Source: Patescibacteria group bacterium
GTDB lineage: Bacteria > Patescibacteriota > Microgenomatia > Curtissbacterales > GWA2-41-24
Reading direction: 5' to 3'
DNA: 64,000 bases
Assembly (NCBI GenBank): GCA_038063735.1
Contig: JBBTUN010000006.1
Location: forward strand, 8,485 to 72,484
Positions within the stretch are counted from its first letter, which is position 1; every line of letters begins with the position of its first letter. The notes under the pieces are model-generated. The model ran no database searches. It was not told where the DNA came from and saw nothing but the letters and a program-made list of their open reading frames with translations. Below, in pieces: positions 1 through 12,429 of this stretch. Made by a program: the position numbers and the translations under genes.

Positions 1-551
1 TTTAAATATAGCGGAATAAATCTGTGCATCTCTCCATACAGTTTTATATTTTTTATTACTTCCGATCTATATGCTTTAAGAGTACATCCATAATCATGCA
101 GTTTAACTCCAGTAACTTTCGAAATCATAATATTAGCAAATTTACTTGGAATTAACCTCGAAAGCAGATTGTCCTTTCTGTTTTTCCGCCATCCAGACAC
201 AACGTCGTATCCCTTGTTTACCCTATCGAATAATAAGCAAATGTCTGCAGGATCGTTTTGCAAATCGCTATCTATAGTAACGATTACTTTGCCGGAAGCA
301 TACTCAAAACCCGCCATTAAGGCAGCTGTTTGGCCAAAATTCCTCGCGAATTCGATAACTTTTACTGATCTGTTTCTTCGCGATAATTCTAAGAGGACAT
401 CATGGCAGTTATCCGTCGAACCATCATTAACAAAAATAATTTCCCATGAAGAAGTAAATTTATTCAGCTCTAATTTCAGTTTCTGAAAAAGGACTTTTAG
501 ATTTTTTTCCTCATTATAAACAGGCGAAATTACAGAGAGTTTTATTGGCAT
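1..551 (-). CDS. Glycosyltransferase family 2 (ArnC/DPM1-like polyprenol-phosphate glycosyltransferase), runs off the window start
   Basis: Not in the ORF track; manual translation from ATG at 551: MPIKLSVISPVYNEEKNL...EIIFVNDGSTD...RNFGQTAAL...IDSDLQNDP...YDVVSGWR...HDYGCTLKAY. Confidence 0.92.
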   Translation of the reverse strand, partial: MPIKLSVISPVYNEEKNLKVLFQKLKLELNKFTSSWEIIFVNDGSTDNCHDVLLELSRRNRSVKVIEFARNFGQTAALMAGFEYASGKVIVTIDSDLQNDPADICLLFDRVNKGYDVVSGWRKNRKDNLLSRLIPSKFANIMISKVTGVKLHDYGCTLKAYRSEVIKNIKLYGEMHRFIPLYL

Positions 552-664
552 ACCAATATAAATTACGTCAAGAATTTACTTCTGTTTAGCAAAAATGCCC
601 AAATTAGTCTATAGGCAATATCAATATAATGATTTCCTTAAGATCTTTTTGATAAACTAACAGA

Positions 665-2818
665 ATGATCAAGCAGTTATTAAATAATTCTTGGCCCCTG
701 TTTATTATTGCCATAATTATTTTGATCTTTCATTCTCGCTTATTCATTCCATACACCTCATTTTACAACCCTCCAGATTATGGAAGGAGCGATGCTTGGA
801 ATCTTTCCATTGCAAACAAGTACTATTATTCTCAACAAGTAAAGCTAAATAAGCTGCCAATTTGGAATCCCTTGATAGGTACAGGTTTCCCTGTGCTCGC
901 AGAAGGACAAACAGGGATATTTTTCTTGTCAAATATTGTATTGTTTCGATTTTTACCCTTTCCGCTTGCATACGACATCAATATAATTTTGACGTTTTAC
1001 ATTGCGGCAGTAGGAACATATTTTTTTGCCAGATCTCTTACTCTAAGTAAAATTGCATCGCTCTATGGTGGGATCTTATTTTCCATGGGTGGCTTTTTTG
1101 TAGTACACGTACAGCACCTACACCTAATTCAAGCAGCTTCGATACTACCTTGGCTCTTTTGGGCTATCAATATGTATGTCGGTAGCAGCAGAAAACTATA
1201 CTTAAGCGCATTCGCACTGCTCCTGTCTCAGCAACTTTTTGCAGGTTTTCCACAGCTTGTCTTTTATACACTTTTTGGAATCTGCATCTACTTGTGCATA
1301 AGAATTCTACTTTATAAAAACATCGAGAGAAGCAAACTAATGTTGATAATTCTTTTTACGATTTTAGGCTTCGGATTAGCTGCTGTACAACTATTGCCTA
1401 CATACGAACTACTTAAAGTCTCAGGCAGATCGTATACGGGTGCTAGTATCTTGGAACAATTTCCATACACCTATAAAAACCTTCTGCAATTTCTAAATCC
1501 ATTTATTCTGGGTAGCCCAAAAAATGGTACATATGCAACTTGGTCCCCAGGAACATGGGGGATCTACTGGGAAAGTGTAGCCTACGTCGGCATCATCCCG
1601 CTACTCCTAATACTATCTTCATTTTTTTTCAAGCATCGCGAGAAAGAATCAAAAAAAGTCTTTTGGATTTTCATCATTTTGGGAACACTATCACTTATGC
1701 TCTCATTGGGAAAATATTCCCCTACACACCCTATTTTCTCCATACCTCCATTTAACATATTCAGAGTACCTTCAAGATTTCTTTTAACTACCCAATTTTC
1801 GCTCTCTTTGCTTGCAGCCGGATCGTTAATTAAATTTAAAGGAAAATACATTACATGGGCTATAATATTTATTTCAACTGCAGACATTTTCTATTACTTT
1901 TACAATTACAATCCCACGTATGAAGCAAAAAAATGGCTGCAACCCCCAGAAACTGCCGAAGTCATAGGCAACAATTCTGAAAGAATTCTATCAGTAGGAC
2001 AATCGGAAAATTGGAACAAACACTTTTTAAAGGAAGGCTGGGCTAAGGCCAATGACTATTATTACTTTGCTCGCAACAGCTTAGATCAAAATTCTAACCT
2101 GATCTTCTCAAAATCTCAGATATCCGCTTACGAAAGCTTACGCCCCAAAAGACTAAAAGAATTCACAGACGCTATTTATGATGGTTTTACTGTGGATGGA
2201 AATAAGCTAACTCTAAGCGATAAATCAGCAAGGATGCTTACAGCGTCATATCTGTCTACAATAGTCACAACTAAGGACCTTCAGAATGATAACTACGAGA
2301 AGATTTATCAATATAAGCCTACGGGTAACGACACTTTCAGTGTATATAGCAACAGAGAAGAGCCGATTCGCACTTATATTGCCACGAATTACACATTAGC
2401 AACTTCAATTGATGAAATTAAGGCAATAGCCAAAAATTCAACTTTTGACCCACAAAAAAAGCCAATATTAGAAATTGACCCACTTCTAAGTAAAGATTTC
2501 CTGGCAAGCAGCTGGACAACAAAAATAACAGGTAGTTCAGAGAATGAAGTGAATTTATTCGCCGATTTAAACGGTGACGGCATATTAATACTTGCAGATA
2601 GTTATCATCCTGGCTGGAGTGCTTACGATAATGGACAAAAAGTAGAAATAATACCTGCAAATATTAATCAGAGAGGACTATCTCTAAAAAGCGGGGGCCA
2701 TCAAATTACATTCAAATATCAGCCATCAAGTGTATTTTTAGGAGCGCTGATATCCTTAACAAGCATAATAATTTTATCGATATTTTCTGTGTTTGAATAC
2801 TACAAAAGCAAAAAATAA
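665..2818 (+). CDS. YfhO-family multi-pass membrane protein (GT-C-fold glycosyltransferase-like)
   Basis: 717 aa, many TM segments, LPIWNPLIGTGFP, FRVPSRF, and C-terminal LILADSYHPGWSAYDNG...PAN...GGHQITFKYQP typical of YfhO. Confidence 0.8.
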   Translation: MIKQLLNNSWPLFIIAIIILIFHSRLFIPYTSFYNPPDYGRSDAWNLSIANKYYYSQQVKLNKLPIWNPLIGTGFPVLAEGQTGIFFLSNIVLFRFLPFPLAYDINIILTFYIAAVGTYFFARSLTLSKIASLYGGILFSMGGFFVVHVQHLHLIQAASILPWLFWAINMYVGSSRKLYLSAFALLLSQQLFAGFPQLVFYTLFGICIYLCIRILLYKNIERSKLMLIILFTILGFGLAAVQLLPTYELLKVSGRSYTGASILEQFPYTYKNLLQFLNPFILGSPKNGTYATWSPGTWGIYWESVAYVGIIPLLLILSSFFFKHREKESKKVFWIFIILGTLSLMLSLGKYSPTHPIFSIPPFNIFRVPSRFLLTTQFSLSLLAAGSLIKFKGKYITWAIIFISTADIFYYFYNYNPTYEAKKWLQPPETAEVIGNNSERILSVGQSENWNKHFLKEGWAKANDYYYFARNSLDQNSNLIFSKSQISAYESLRPKRLKEFTDAIYDGFTVDGNKLTLSDKSARMLTASYLSTIVTTKDLQNDNYEKIYQYKPTGNDTFSVYSNREEPIRTYIATNYTLATSIDEIKAIAKNSTFDPQKKPILEIDPLLSKDFLASSWTTKITGSSENEVNLFADLNGDGILILADSYHPGWSAYDNGQKVEIIPANINQRGLSLKSGGHQITFKYQPSSVFLGALISLTSIIILSIFSVFEYYKSKK

Positions 2819-4858
2819 CTAAAAGCCTTTGGGGAATTCACCTGGTGTTTTTCTCATCTCGTCTGCTTTATCAAAATAGTTTTTGGCGTTTACTTGGTCT
2901 TTTAGGCAATTACTATAAACAACAGCAACAGCTTCAACGAACTGCCAGTTCTTGCTATCAATTCTGCTTGCAGTCATAAAATAATCCAATGCTTCGCTAC
3001 AATTTCCCCCTTTAAAGTAGACATCTCCCAAGATTGCGTAAGCTTCCTTTCGGTCTGGAAGTAACATTTTTGCCTTACTAGCAAAAAGTGTAGATTTTTC
3101 TAAACTCCCTTCTGTGAGGTGGTAATTAGCAACTGCGACAAGCGCTTTATAATATTGTTCTTCTATGTGTGTGGTTATATATTGGGTATAGCCAGTACTC
3201 TTTCCAAAGTCTTGGTAGTAAAATTTAGAAAAAGCTTCGTCATTTAGCCGAGATACCTCATCGCTAAAGTCATTGTCACTTGGGTATAACTTTTGGATAA
3301 GTCCTACCGGGAAAGATTTGTAATCTGGATCAAGAACTATATCTTGTATATAAATCGGGAATTTATCGAAGTTTGATTGCACCAAAGCATTCACTGCTCC
3401 TGGATAATCTTTAATACTCGGGTCTAAAAAGTTTTCCGGATAACTAAGTTGTGGGTATTGTTTAACAATCTGCTCTCTGTATTCCAAATAGCTAAGAGAC
3501 CCAGCAGCAATCAATTTTATATTCTCATAACCATCCATTTTGTAATAAATATATCGCGCGTTAAAAAGTGAAGTATCTCCTATTAAAAAAACTATGGCGT
3601 TCGGTTCCGCTGAAACTAAAATGTCGTGTCCATACCAATCTCCAACTTCAAACCGGCTTAAATTTGTCTTTGAATCATTTAAGAAGTAATTTGAAAAGAT
3701 GATCAGAAACAATGACAAGGTCAAAAGTAATTTAATTGAGTCACTTTTTAATACAGCAACTTTGGTATTACTTCTAAAAAATTTGTGGATAAAATTAATA
3801 ACGAACAAACACCCGTAAGCCATAAATATAGCGACAAGGAAGTAACTTGCTAAAATAAATCTTTCCCATAACCCTGTGTAAAAATCATTCGGTAGAGGGA
3901 AAGCAGAGTAAAAAACAAAAAATGGTCCTACAGAGAGTACAGATAAGATGAAAAACCAAAAGTAAATTCTGGCTCGGATAAAGCTATACACAATTCCGAT
4001 AAAAATAAAGAAAATGCCAATATGCGAGAAGTCAGCTTTAAGAAATGATGCAAACCCCCAAACCGACACCAGTCTCTGTAAAAACGTTGAAGAAACCAAA
4101 AATGATGAGGCTGTAAAAGTCCCGTAATCACTCCTTGTGATAAGTCGGACTAGGTTTTGGAAGCTAACAGGATCATCCCAATTTACTGGAGTTTTTCTTA
4201 GTGCAGCCCAAACAACAAAGATGTAAGGTAATAGTCCTAAGGCAAAAAAAGCGATTAGCCTAACAACAAGTAATTTATTTCTATAAATACTTTTGTCCGT
4301 TTTAAATAGGAAATACAGTATGGCAGGTAGTAAAAGCGCAGCAGTATGATGGTGAAACACTGCCAGTCCATAAAAAAACGCTGACCAATTTAATAATTTA
4401 TAATTTTTACTCTTTAAGTAAAATGACTCTCTCCACGAAATCAAAAAATAAATCGCAGCTGCTATTAAAACAATATTTAATTGGAAAACCTCATAAATAT
4501 GTGCGTACAGCCAATACAGGGGTACAAAAGCTAAAAAAAAGCTTGCAAACAAACTAGCAAATATATTTTTTGTCAACTTGTTACAAATCAAATACAATAG
4601 CGAGATAGCCAGCGCACTTAAAAATGCTGCTGCCAGGTTCGCCTTAAAAGCAACTGTTGCATTAAAAGGCAAATGGGTAAAAACCCATCCAATCATGGTG
4701 TTTAGGGGGTAACCTGGCGGATGTGCAACACCACCAAACCAGGAAGCCAAAATAATATCCCCGCTGTCTCCTCCATACACAGAATGCGAAACACCAAGCG
4801 CATATAGGGGAAATAAAAAAAGAAAAACCAAAATCGCCATCATTTTTATTTTAAACAT
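2819..4858 (-). CDS. DUF2723/TMEM260-like membrane glycosyltransferase with C-terminal TPRs
   Basis: GGDSGD...GVAHPPGYPL, EVFQLN, HHHT, NWDDP motifs, TPR-like C-terminus; start moved to ATG 4858 because 4867-4908 is a terminator hairpin. Confidence 0.8.
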   Translation of the reverse strand: MFKIKMMAILVFLFLFPLYALGVSHSVYGGDSGDIILASWFGGVAHPPGYPLNTMIGWVFTHLPFNATVAFKANLAAAFLSALAISLLYLICNKLTKNIFASLFASFFLAFVPLYWLYAHIYEVFQLNIVLIAAAIYFLISWRESFYLKSKNYKLLNWSAFFYGLAVFHHHTAALLLPAILYFLFKTDKSIYRNKLLVVRLIAFFALGLLPYIFVVWAALRKTPVNWDDPVSFQNLVRLITRSDYGTFTASSFLVSSTFLQRLVSVWGFASFLKADFSHIGIFFIFIGIVYSFIRARIYFWFFILSVLSVGPFFVFYSAFPLPNDFYTGLWERFILASYFLVAIFMAYGCLFVINFIHKFFRSNTKVAVLKSDSIKLLLTLSLFLIIFSNYFLNDSKTNLSRFEVGDWYGHDILVSAEPNAIVFLIGDTSLFNARYIYYKMDGYENIKLIAAGSLSYLEYREQIVKQYPQLSYPENFLDPSIKDYPGAVNALVQSNFDKFPIYIQDIVLDPDYKSFPVGLIQKLYPSDNDFSDEVSRLNDEAFSKFYYQDFGKSTGYTQYITTHIEEQYYKALVAVANYHLTEGSLEKSTLFASKAKMLLPDRKEAYAILGDVYFKGGNCSEALDYFMTASRIDSKNWQFVEAVAVVYSNCLKDQVNAKNYFDKADEMRKTPGEFPKGF

Positions 4859-4866
4859 TAAACCAC

Positions 4867-4908
4867 AAAAAGAGGCACGCATACCCATATGACATAAACG
4901 TGCCTCTT
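4867..4908 (-). terminator. Intrinsic terminator of the pilin gene
   Basis: Minus strand AAGAGGCACG...CGTGCCTCTT followed by a T run, about 20 nt after the pilin stop. Confidence 0.7.
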
Positions 4909-4926
4909 ATATGCTTTTAAATTTCA

Positions 4927-5391
4927 TCAAGGAGCTGAGCAACTTGCTGCAGCCAAAATTTCAATGGCAGAACCTTGACTTGATCTCCAGCACCAAAATC
5001 CGGTAGCACCAGTTGGGTCACCTAGAGATGCATACATTGCAACCTCAGAAGGACCACCTCCAGTTCCACATCCCGTTGCGTTTCCAGAAGTTATATAGTC
5101 GTACGCAATACCACCCACGTTTGTTGGTAATTGCTTCAAGTAACCTTGCTGAGTTAACACTGGTAATGAAAGTGGGTAACAACCAGCACCTGGAGTTGTG
5201 AAAAATCCCTGGACCTCTGTGACTACAGCACCAATATCATTCTTCCTCTTGGCGTCTTGTGCTTGTCTTTGTCTTTTCCCAGGATTGATAGCAATAAGTA
5301 CTGCTGCAGCTAAAATACCAATAATGGCAATAACTATAAGAAGCTCGATAAGGGTGAAACCCTTGAGTCTTTTTTGGGCAGATTTAATCAT
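4927..5391 (-). CDS. Type IV pilin, probably the major pilin
   Basis: Class III signal KG/FTLIELLIVIAIIGILAA, 4 Cys, strong SD GAGGAGGTGA (5404-5413), own terminator. Confidence 0.9.
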   Translation of the reverse strand: MIKSAQKRLKGFTLIELLIVIAIIGILAAAVLIAINPGKRQRQAQDAKRKNDIGAVVTEVQGFFTTPGAGCYPLSLPVLTQQGYLKQLPTNVGGIAYDYITSGNATGCGTGGGPSEVAMYASLGDPTGATGFWCWRSSQGSAIEILAAASCSAP

Positions 5392-5441
5392 AATTTTTTG
5401 GTTTCACCTCCTCTCGGACAATAAAATTTGTCTATGTATCC

Positions 5442-5470
5442 AGTATTAACGCAAACTAATTTTTTGTCAA
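5442..5470 (-). promoter_or_regulatory. Sigma70-like promoter for the pilin
   Basis: TTGACA (5470-5465), 17 bp, AATACT (5447-5442). Confidence 0.5.
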
Positions 5471-5482
5471 CATTCATTTTTA

Positions 5483-6688
5483 TCAAAATTGGGCTGTAAG
5501 GTTATAAATAGGCATGATAATAGAAAGCACCAAGACACCAACACTTGCACCCAGCACGACTAATATAATCGGCTCAAGAGCCGTAGTTAGGTTTCTTACC
5601 ATGTTTTCGCTTTCCTGCTCAAAATAAAGGGCAAGCCGCCCCAAAACCTCATCCATTTTCCCTGTTTCCTCGCCAACACGAATCATTTGGGCAATAATCG
5701 GCGGAAAAACCGGATTGGCCGCAAGAGGTACATGCAGTGGGGAACCCCTTTCTACTCTTGTCATAGCATTGTCTATCCCATCACGGTAAGTGGAATTAGT
5801 TAATATGTCCCGAACCACACGCAGCGCCGTAATAATTGGTATTCCTGTGCCAATCAAAAGACCCAGAGTCCTTGTAAACTCTGCCAAAATTAAAGTTTTT
5901 CGCATCTTGCCCCAAACAGGTAAATTTAAAACTACTTTGGAAATCAAATCGGCGCCTTGTGGAGTTTTTGCAAAAGTCCTGAAAGCAAATGTGGCGCCGC
6001 CAATTACAATAATAATAAGCCACCAAAAACCTCTCATAAAGTTAGACACTCCTATGAGTATTCTGGTTATTAGAGGGAGTTGAGTCCCCATTTCTGTATA
6101 AAGACTGGTTAATTTGGGGATAACAAAAATCATCATCATAGTCATCACTACAACCATCACAAATACAACGATTACAGGGTAGATAAACGCACCCTTAGTT
6201 TTAGACTTGAATTCTCTTTCTTTTTCCAAAGATTCCGCCAGCTTTCCAAGCACCTTGTCCAGAACACCGCCTGTCTCACCAGCCTCAATCAATTTTATGT
6301 ATACAACCGTAAAAACCTTAGGATGCGTCGCCATTGCCTGAGAAAGAGAAAGTCCTCCTTCAACATCGGTAACTACTTGCGACAACACTTTTGCAAAAGT
6401 GCCACTTTTGGTCTGCCTTTGCAAAATCATCAAGGAATCCGTAATAGGTAACCCCGCAGAAACCATGGTAGAAAGCTGCCGTGTGAATCCAACTAGTTCT
6501 CCGTAAGAAACACCGCCTCCAAAAGAAAATCCACTTACGAGGCTCTTGCCCCCTTTTTTTCTAACATCAATGGGGGTCAGCTTTTCTTGCTGGAGAATCT
6601 TGATGAGTGAAGCCTCGTCTATCGATTCAACTTCCCCGGAGACTGCCTTTCCTTCTGCATCTTTTGCTAAATATTTATATAAAGACAT
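5483..6688 (-). CDS. pilC: Type IV pilus platform protein (T2SS F family)
   Basis: FTRQLSTMVSAGLP, AGETGGVLD, VGEETGKMD, ALEPII. Confidence 0.93.
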   Translation of the reverse strand: MSLYKYLAKDAEGKAVSGEVESIDEASLIKILQQEKLTPIDVRKKGGKSLVSGFSFGGGVSYGELVGFTRQLSTMVSAGLPITDSLMILQRQTKSGTFAKVLSQVVTDVEGGLSLSQAMATHPKVFTVVYIKLIEAGETGGVLDKVLGKLAESLEKEREFKSKTKGAFIYPVIVVFVMVVVMTMMMIFVIPKLTSLYTEMGTQLPLITRILIGVSNFMRGFWWLIIIVIGGATFAFRTFAKTPQGADLISKVVLNLPVWGKMRKTLILAEFTRTLGLLIGTGIPIITALRVVRDILTNSTYRDGIDNAMTRVERGSPLHVPLAANPVFPPIIAQMIRVGEETGKMDEVLGRLALYFEQESENMVRNLTTALEPIILVVLGASVGVLVLSIIMPIYNLTAQF

Positions 6689-6707
6689 TTTTTAACTACT
6701 TTGTATT

Positions 6708-7784
6708 TCACTTCTCTTTGTCTTGCACAATCCTGCTTTCAATTAGCCGCTCAAGCTCTTTTGGTCTTAAACTGTACCTTTTGGCAGTATCAATAGAAAT
6801 TTTTCCGGCCCTAACCAAATAGGCAAGCGAGGCGTCAAAAAGCACCATGCCACTTTCTCCGGACGTTTGAATAATATTATCGATTTGGTGAGTTTTTCCG
6901 TCACGAACCGCGGTTTGCACGGCATTAGATGAAAGGAGAATCTCGCAAGCAGGTATCCTGCCCCCACCGATAACTGGAACCAAACGGATAGAAATTATTC
7001 CGGCAATTGTCGCCGCTAGTTGCATTCTAACTTGTGCTTGCTGGTTCTCCGGGAAAACGTCAATAATACGGTCAATAGATTGCGCAGCGCTGTTGGTGTG
7101 CAGCGTTGCAAACACCAAATGCCCGGTTTCGGCAACCGTTATAGCGGAAGCAATCGTTTCAAAATCTCTCATCTCACCAACCAATACAACATCTGGGTCT
7201 TCCCGCAGAGCGCTCCGCAGAGCAACATCCCACGAGTGCGTATCCAAGTGCATTTCCCGCTGGGAAACTAACGCCTTTCCCTTTGGATACACATATTCAA
7301 TAGGGTCCTCAATCGTCAATATATGCAGTGGTTGGTTCATATTAATTTCATTGATAACAGAAGCAATAGCCGTAGACTTTCCGTGCCCGGTAGGACCCGT
7401 AACCAAAATGAAACCTTGTCTCATGGCCGCAAAATTGTGCAGAATTCTTGGCAGGGACAATTCTTCAATAGTCTTAATATAATTTGGAATAAGCCTGAGA
7501 GCTGCCGAGATATACCCCTTTTCAAAGTAGGCATTAACCCTGAACCTGGCAACTTCTCCAAGAGCAAACGAGAAATCAATTTCTTTATTAACTGTAAACA
7601 TTTCCCGCTGCTCGGTAGAAAGAAGTTCAAAAACTAAACTTTCCGCTTCATCCGGCGACAGGGAACTGGACGTTAACGGTATTAACTGCCCATCGATCCT
7701 AATCATTGGAGGATGACCGGTAACCAAATGCAAATCCGATGCTTCTTTCTTTACCGTTATTTCTAAAAATTCCTGTATACCCAT
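6708..7784 (-). CDS. pilT: Type IV pilus retraction ATPase
   Basis: ASDLHL, GPTGHGKST, TIEDPIEY, ALRSALREDPDVVLVGEMRD, AETGHLVFATLH; ATG at 7784 preferred. Confidence 0.93.
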   Translation of the reverse strand: MGIQEFLEITVKKEASDLHLVTGHPPMIRIDGQLIPLTSSSLSPDEAESLVFELLSTEQREMFTVNKEIDFSFALGEVARFRVNAYFEKGYISAALRLIPNYIKTIEELSLPRILHNFAAMRQGFILVTGPTGHGKSTAIASVINEINMNQPLHILTIEDPIEYVYPKGKALVSQREMHLDTHSWDVALRSALREDPDVVLVGEMRDFETIASAITVAETGHLVFATLHTNSAAQSIDRIIDVFPENQQAQVRMQLAATIAGIISIRLVPVIGGGRIPACEILLSSNAVQTAVRDGKTHQIDNIIQTSGESGMVLFDASLAYLVRAGKISIDTAKRYSLRPKELERLIESRIVQDKEK

Positions 7785-7852
7785 AAAATCAGTCAGGGTC
7801 AAAGTTGAAAGTGAAAAGTATCTTTACCCTATGACTTTACACTTTGACTTAT

Positions 7853-9592
7853 TTATTCCTGCGCGACCCTTAGTACCTCCTCTATTGTAGTTGTACCTTC
7901 TATCACTTTTAAATAACCATCTTGCTTCATAGTTATCATACCATCAGAAACTGCCTGGTTTTCCAAAGTTTGAGCTGTTTCACGAACAAGTATCAGTCTC
8001 GATATTTTCTCCGTAATCAGGAGCATTTCATAAATTCCTATTCTGCCCTGATAGCCGGTATTGTTACAATCCGGACAACCACGGCCGGCAAACAGCGTAA
8101 TTTTATTTTTTTCAAAGTCATATAGATTCCCTAAAACTTTCTTTAGCTCAGTAAGAACCTCACCGCTTACATCTTTCTGAAAGCGGCAAGTAGAGCAAAT
8201 TTTCCTAACAACACGCTGACCCACAACGCAGGTAACTGTAGAAGCGATCAAATACGGTTCGGCATGCATATCCAAAAGTCTTGGCAAAGCACCCGCCGAA
8301 CTATTAGTGTGAAGTGTAGAAAACACCAAATGTCCGGTCAAAGACGCCTGAATTGCAAGGTCTGCGGTTTCCGCGTCCCGAACCTCACCGACCATGATGA
8401 TGTTTGGGTCCTGACGCAAAAAAGACCTTAAACCGGAAGCAAACGTTAAACCTGCCTGCGTATTAACCTGCACCTGGTTTACACCGGCAATTTGATATTC
8501 GATAGGGTCCTCCAAAGTCACAATGTTAACGGCAGTCGAATTAAGCTTAGATAAAATAGAGTAGAGTGTCGTTGTCTTTCCGGATCCTGTTGGCCCGGTT
8601 ATCAAGATGATTCCATGCGGCCTGGCAATCGAATCCTGTAAGTTCGAAAGCGCCTTTCCCCTCAAACCCAATTCCGGCAATGTAGGCACACCTCCGGATT
8701 TCTTGAGAAGCCTCATAACGATCTTTTCCCCAAAGGCTGTCGGCAAAGTCGAAAGCCTTAAATCAAGATCTTCCTGGCCAATTTTAAAGTTAAACCTGGC
8801 GTCTTGCGGAATTCTTTTCTCGTCGATCTTCATGTTCCCCAGGATTTTTATCCTGGAAATTACCGCATCATGTATTTTGCGAGGTAAAACAAGTTTCTCC
8901 TGCAAAATTCCGTCTATTCGGTAACGAACCCTCGATTCGTTCTCCAGAGGCTCAATATGAATGTCCGATGCTTTTATCTTGATACCATATTCAAGTACCG
9001 TAGAAACGATCCTGGCAACCGGCGCTTCGCCTAAAACCGTTGTTGCGTCAAATTGTTGAACCTGTGTTTTTGATCCGCCCGCCGCATCCTTTAAAGCTTC
9101 TGTTACTTCCGAAGAAAGCCCCCTGTTGTACTGGTCTGCGATCGCGCGGTTAATAGAATCTGCCGTTGCCAAAAATGGCCTTACGGACAAACTGCTTTTT
9201 TTCTCCAAAAATTCAATAGTTTGCAAGTCTAATGGATCAACCATTGCCACAGACAAGGTGTCAACATCCTTGGAGATCGGTATTACCGTAAATCTCTTTG
9301 CAACATCTTCGGGTACAAAGTTTAAAAGTTCCGGAGAAAGCGGTTGAGTATCTGGCCTCGCGTAACCAACACCCATGACTATCGCCTTAGTCTGGGCTAT
9401 TTGTTCGGTAGACACCCAATTCATCTGCGCAATAATGGTTTCGGAAGTTTGTTGCCTTCTTTTTGACTCGTTTTTAACAAAGCTGACTTGCTCGGTAGTT
9501 AGAAGTCCTTTATCATGAAGTACGTCTTCTAAATAAGAAACTTTTTTGGTCTCATGTGGTTTAGTTTGCGCGATTTGGGCAGTACTGTTCAT
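7853..9592 (-). CDS. pilB: Type IV pilus assembly ATPase (GspE/PilB)
   Basis: ASDIHIEP, GPTGSGKTTTLY, LRQDPNIIMVGEVRD, two CxxC motifs; ATG at 9592 preferred. Confidence 0.93.
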   Translation of the reverse strand: MNSTAQIAQTKPHETKKVSYLEDVLHDKGLLTTEQVSFVKNESKRRQQTSETIIAQMNWVSTEQIAQTKAIVMGVGYARPDTQPLSPELLNFVPEDVAKRFTVIPISKDVDTLSVAMVDPLDLQTIEFLEKKSSLSVRPFLATADSINRAIADQYNRGLSSEVTEALKDAAGGSKTQVQQFDATTVLGEAPVARIVSTVLEYGIKIKASDIHIEPLENESRVRYRIDGILQEKLVLPRKIHDAVISRIKILGNMKIDEKRIPQDARFNFKIGQEDLDLRLSTLPTAFGEKIVMRLLKKSGGVPTLPELGLRGKALSNLQDSIARPHGIILITGPTGSGKTTTLYSILSKLNSTAVNIVTLEDPIEYQIAGVNQVQVNTQAGLTFASGLRSFLRQDPNIIMVGEVRDAETADLAIQASLTGHLVFSTLHTNSSAGALPRLLDMHAEPYLIASTVTCVVGQRVVRKICSTCRFQKDVSGEVLTELKKVLGNLYDFEKNKITLFAGRGCPDCNNTGYQGRIGIYEMLLITEKISRLILVRETAQTLENQAVSDGMITMKQDGYLKVIEGTTTIEEVLRVAQE

Positions 9593-9656
9593 GCGATCAA
9601 TATACAAACACAGTGGCAAGCGAATTCGCTGCCATATTTAAATAATAGCAAACTAG

Positions 9657-10343
9657 GTGTATAAAATGGAAATAAGCAAAATGGCAAAGAATAAAACAAC
9701 CAGAAAAAGCTTCCAAAGCTATTTAATTCTCACGAGTCTCAAAAGCTTCGATAAAGAATTAAATTCTTTGCTTACAAGCCTAGGTATTCAATCTAAAAAC
9801 GATCTGGATACAAAACTTATCGAACCTCAAAAAAACTCAATATCCATAGCGCAAATCCGAGAAATAAATAAAGATATCTACCAAAAACCTGTGATTTTGC
9901 CCTTAAAAGTCATCATCATAAAACAAGCTGACCTGCTTACCCCCGAAGCTCAAAATGCGCTGTTAAAAATATATGAAGAGCCACCGACCCACGCCATTAT
10001 TATTTTGCTAGCAACAGACACGAGACACCTGCTTCAAACTCTCTTGTCTCGGGCAGTTATTATCAAAAATCCAAATGACGAAGCGAGGGAAAAAGTAAGC
10101 AGCTTTTTAGAAACAAGCCCCATTGAATCCCTAAGGGAACTGGAGGGCATTCAAAATCCGAAGGAATGGCTAAACGAACAGATTACAGCAACATATTCAT
10201 TGCTTGTCGCAAGAATAAAAGCAGGCAAAGACACCAAAAGCATTTTGCAAACGCTCGTATTGTGCTCAAAGGCAAAAATTGCGCTTGACGCCAACGTTAA
10301 CCCTAAATTCACCCTTGCCAACCTGATACTTAACTCCACATAA
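9657..10343 (+). CDS. holB: DNA polymerase III delta-prime-like clamp loader subunit, shortened
   Basis: ISIAQIREI, KVIIIKQADLLTPEAQNALLKIYEEPP, LLQTLLSR; start uncertain (9657-9681). Confidence 0.75.
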   Translation: MYKMEISKMAKNKTTRKSFQSYLILTSLKSFDKELNSLLTSLGIQSKNDLDTKLIEPQKNSISIAQIREINKDIYQKPVILPLKVIIIKQADLLTPEAQNALLKIYEEPPTHAIIILLATDTRHLLQTLLSRAVIIKNPNDEAREKVSSFLETSPIESLRELEGIQNPKEWLNEQITATYSLLVARIKAGKDTKSILQTLVLCSKAKIALDANVNPKFTLANLILNST

Positions 10344-10383
10344 ATTGTCGAAACACGACCCTCAACCACAGCCTCAAAATAGC

Positions 10384-10412
10384 TTGCACAGCCTATTTAT
10401 CTCTGTTAGAAT
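10384..10412 (+). promoter_or_regulatory. gyrB promoter
   Basis: TTGCAC, 17 bp, TG-n-TAGAAT. Confidence 0.55.
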
Positions 10413-10429
10413 TAAACGAATGGTTTTGA

Positions 10430-12403
<1,974 letters not shown>

Positions 12404-12429
12404 AATATAAATATAAATTTGCTGACGGA

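Noticed and set aside
169-486. 105-aa + strand ORF and the many other short ORFs overlapping long genes
   Set aside because: Antisense or alternate-frame shadows of well-supported genes, here the GT2 on the minus strand
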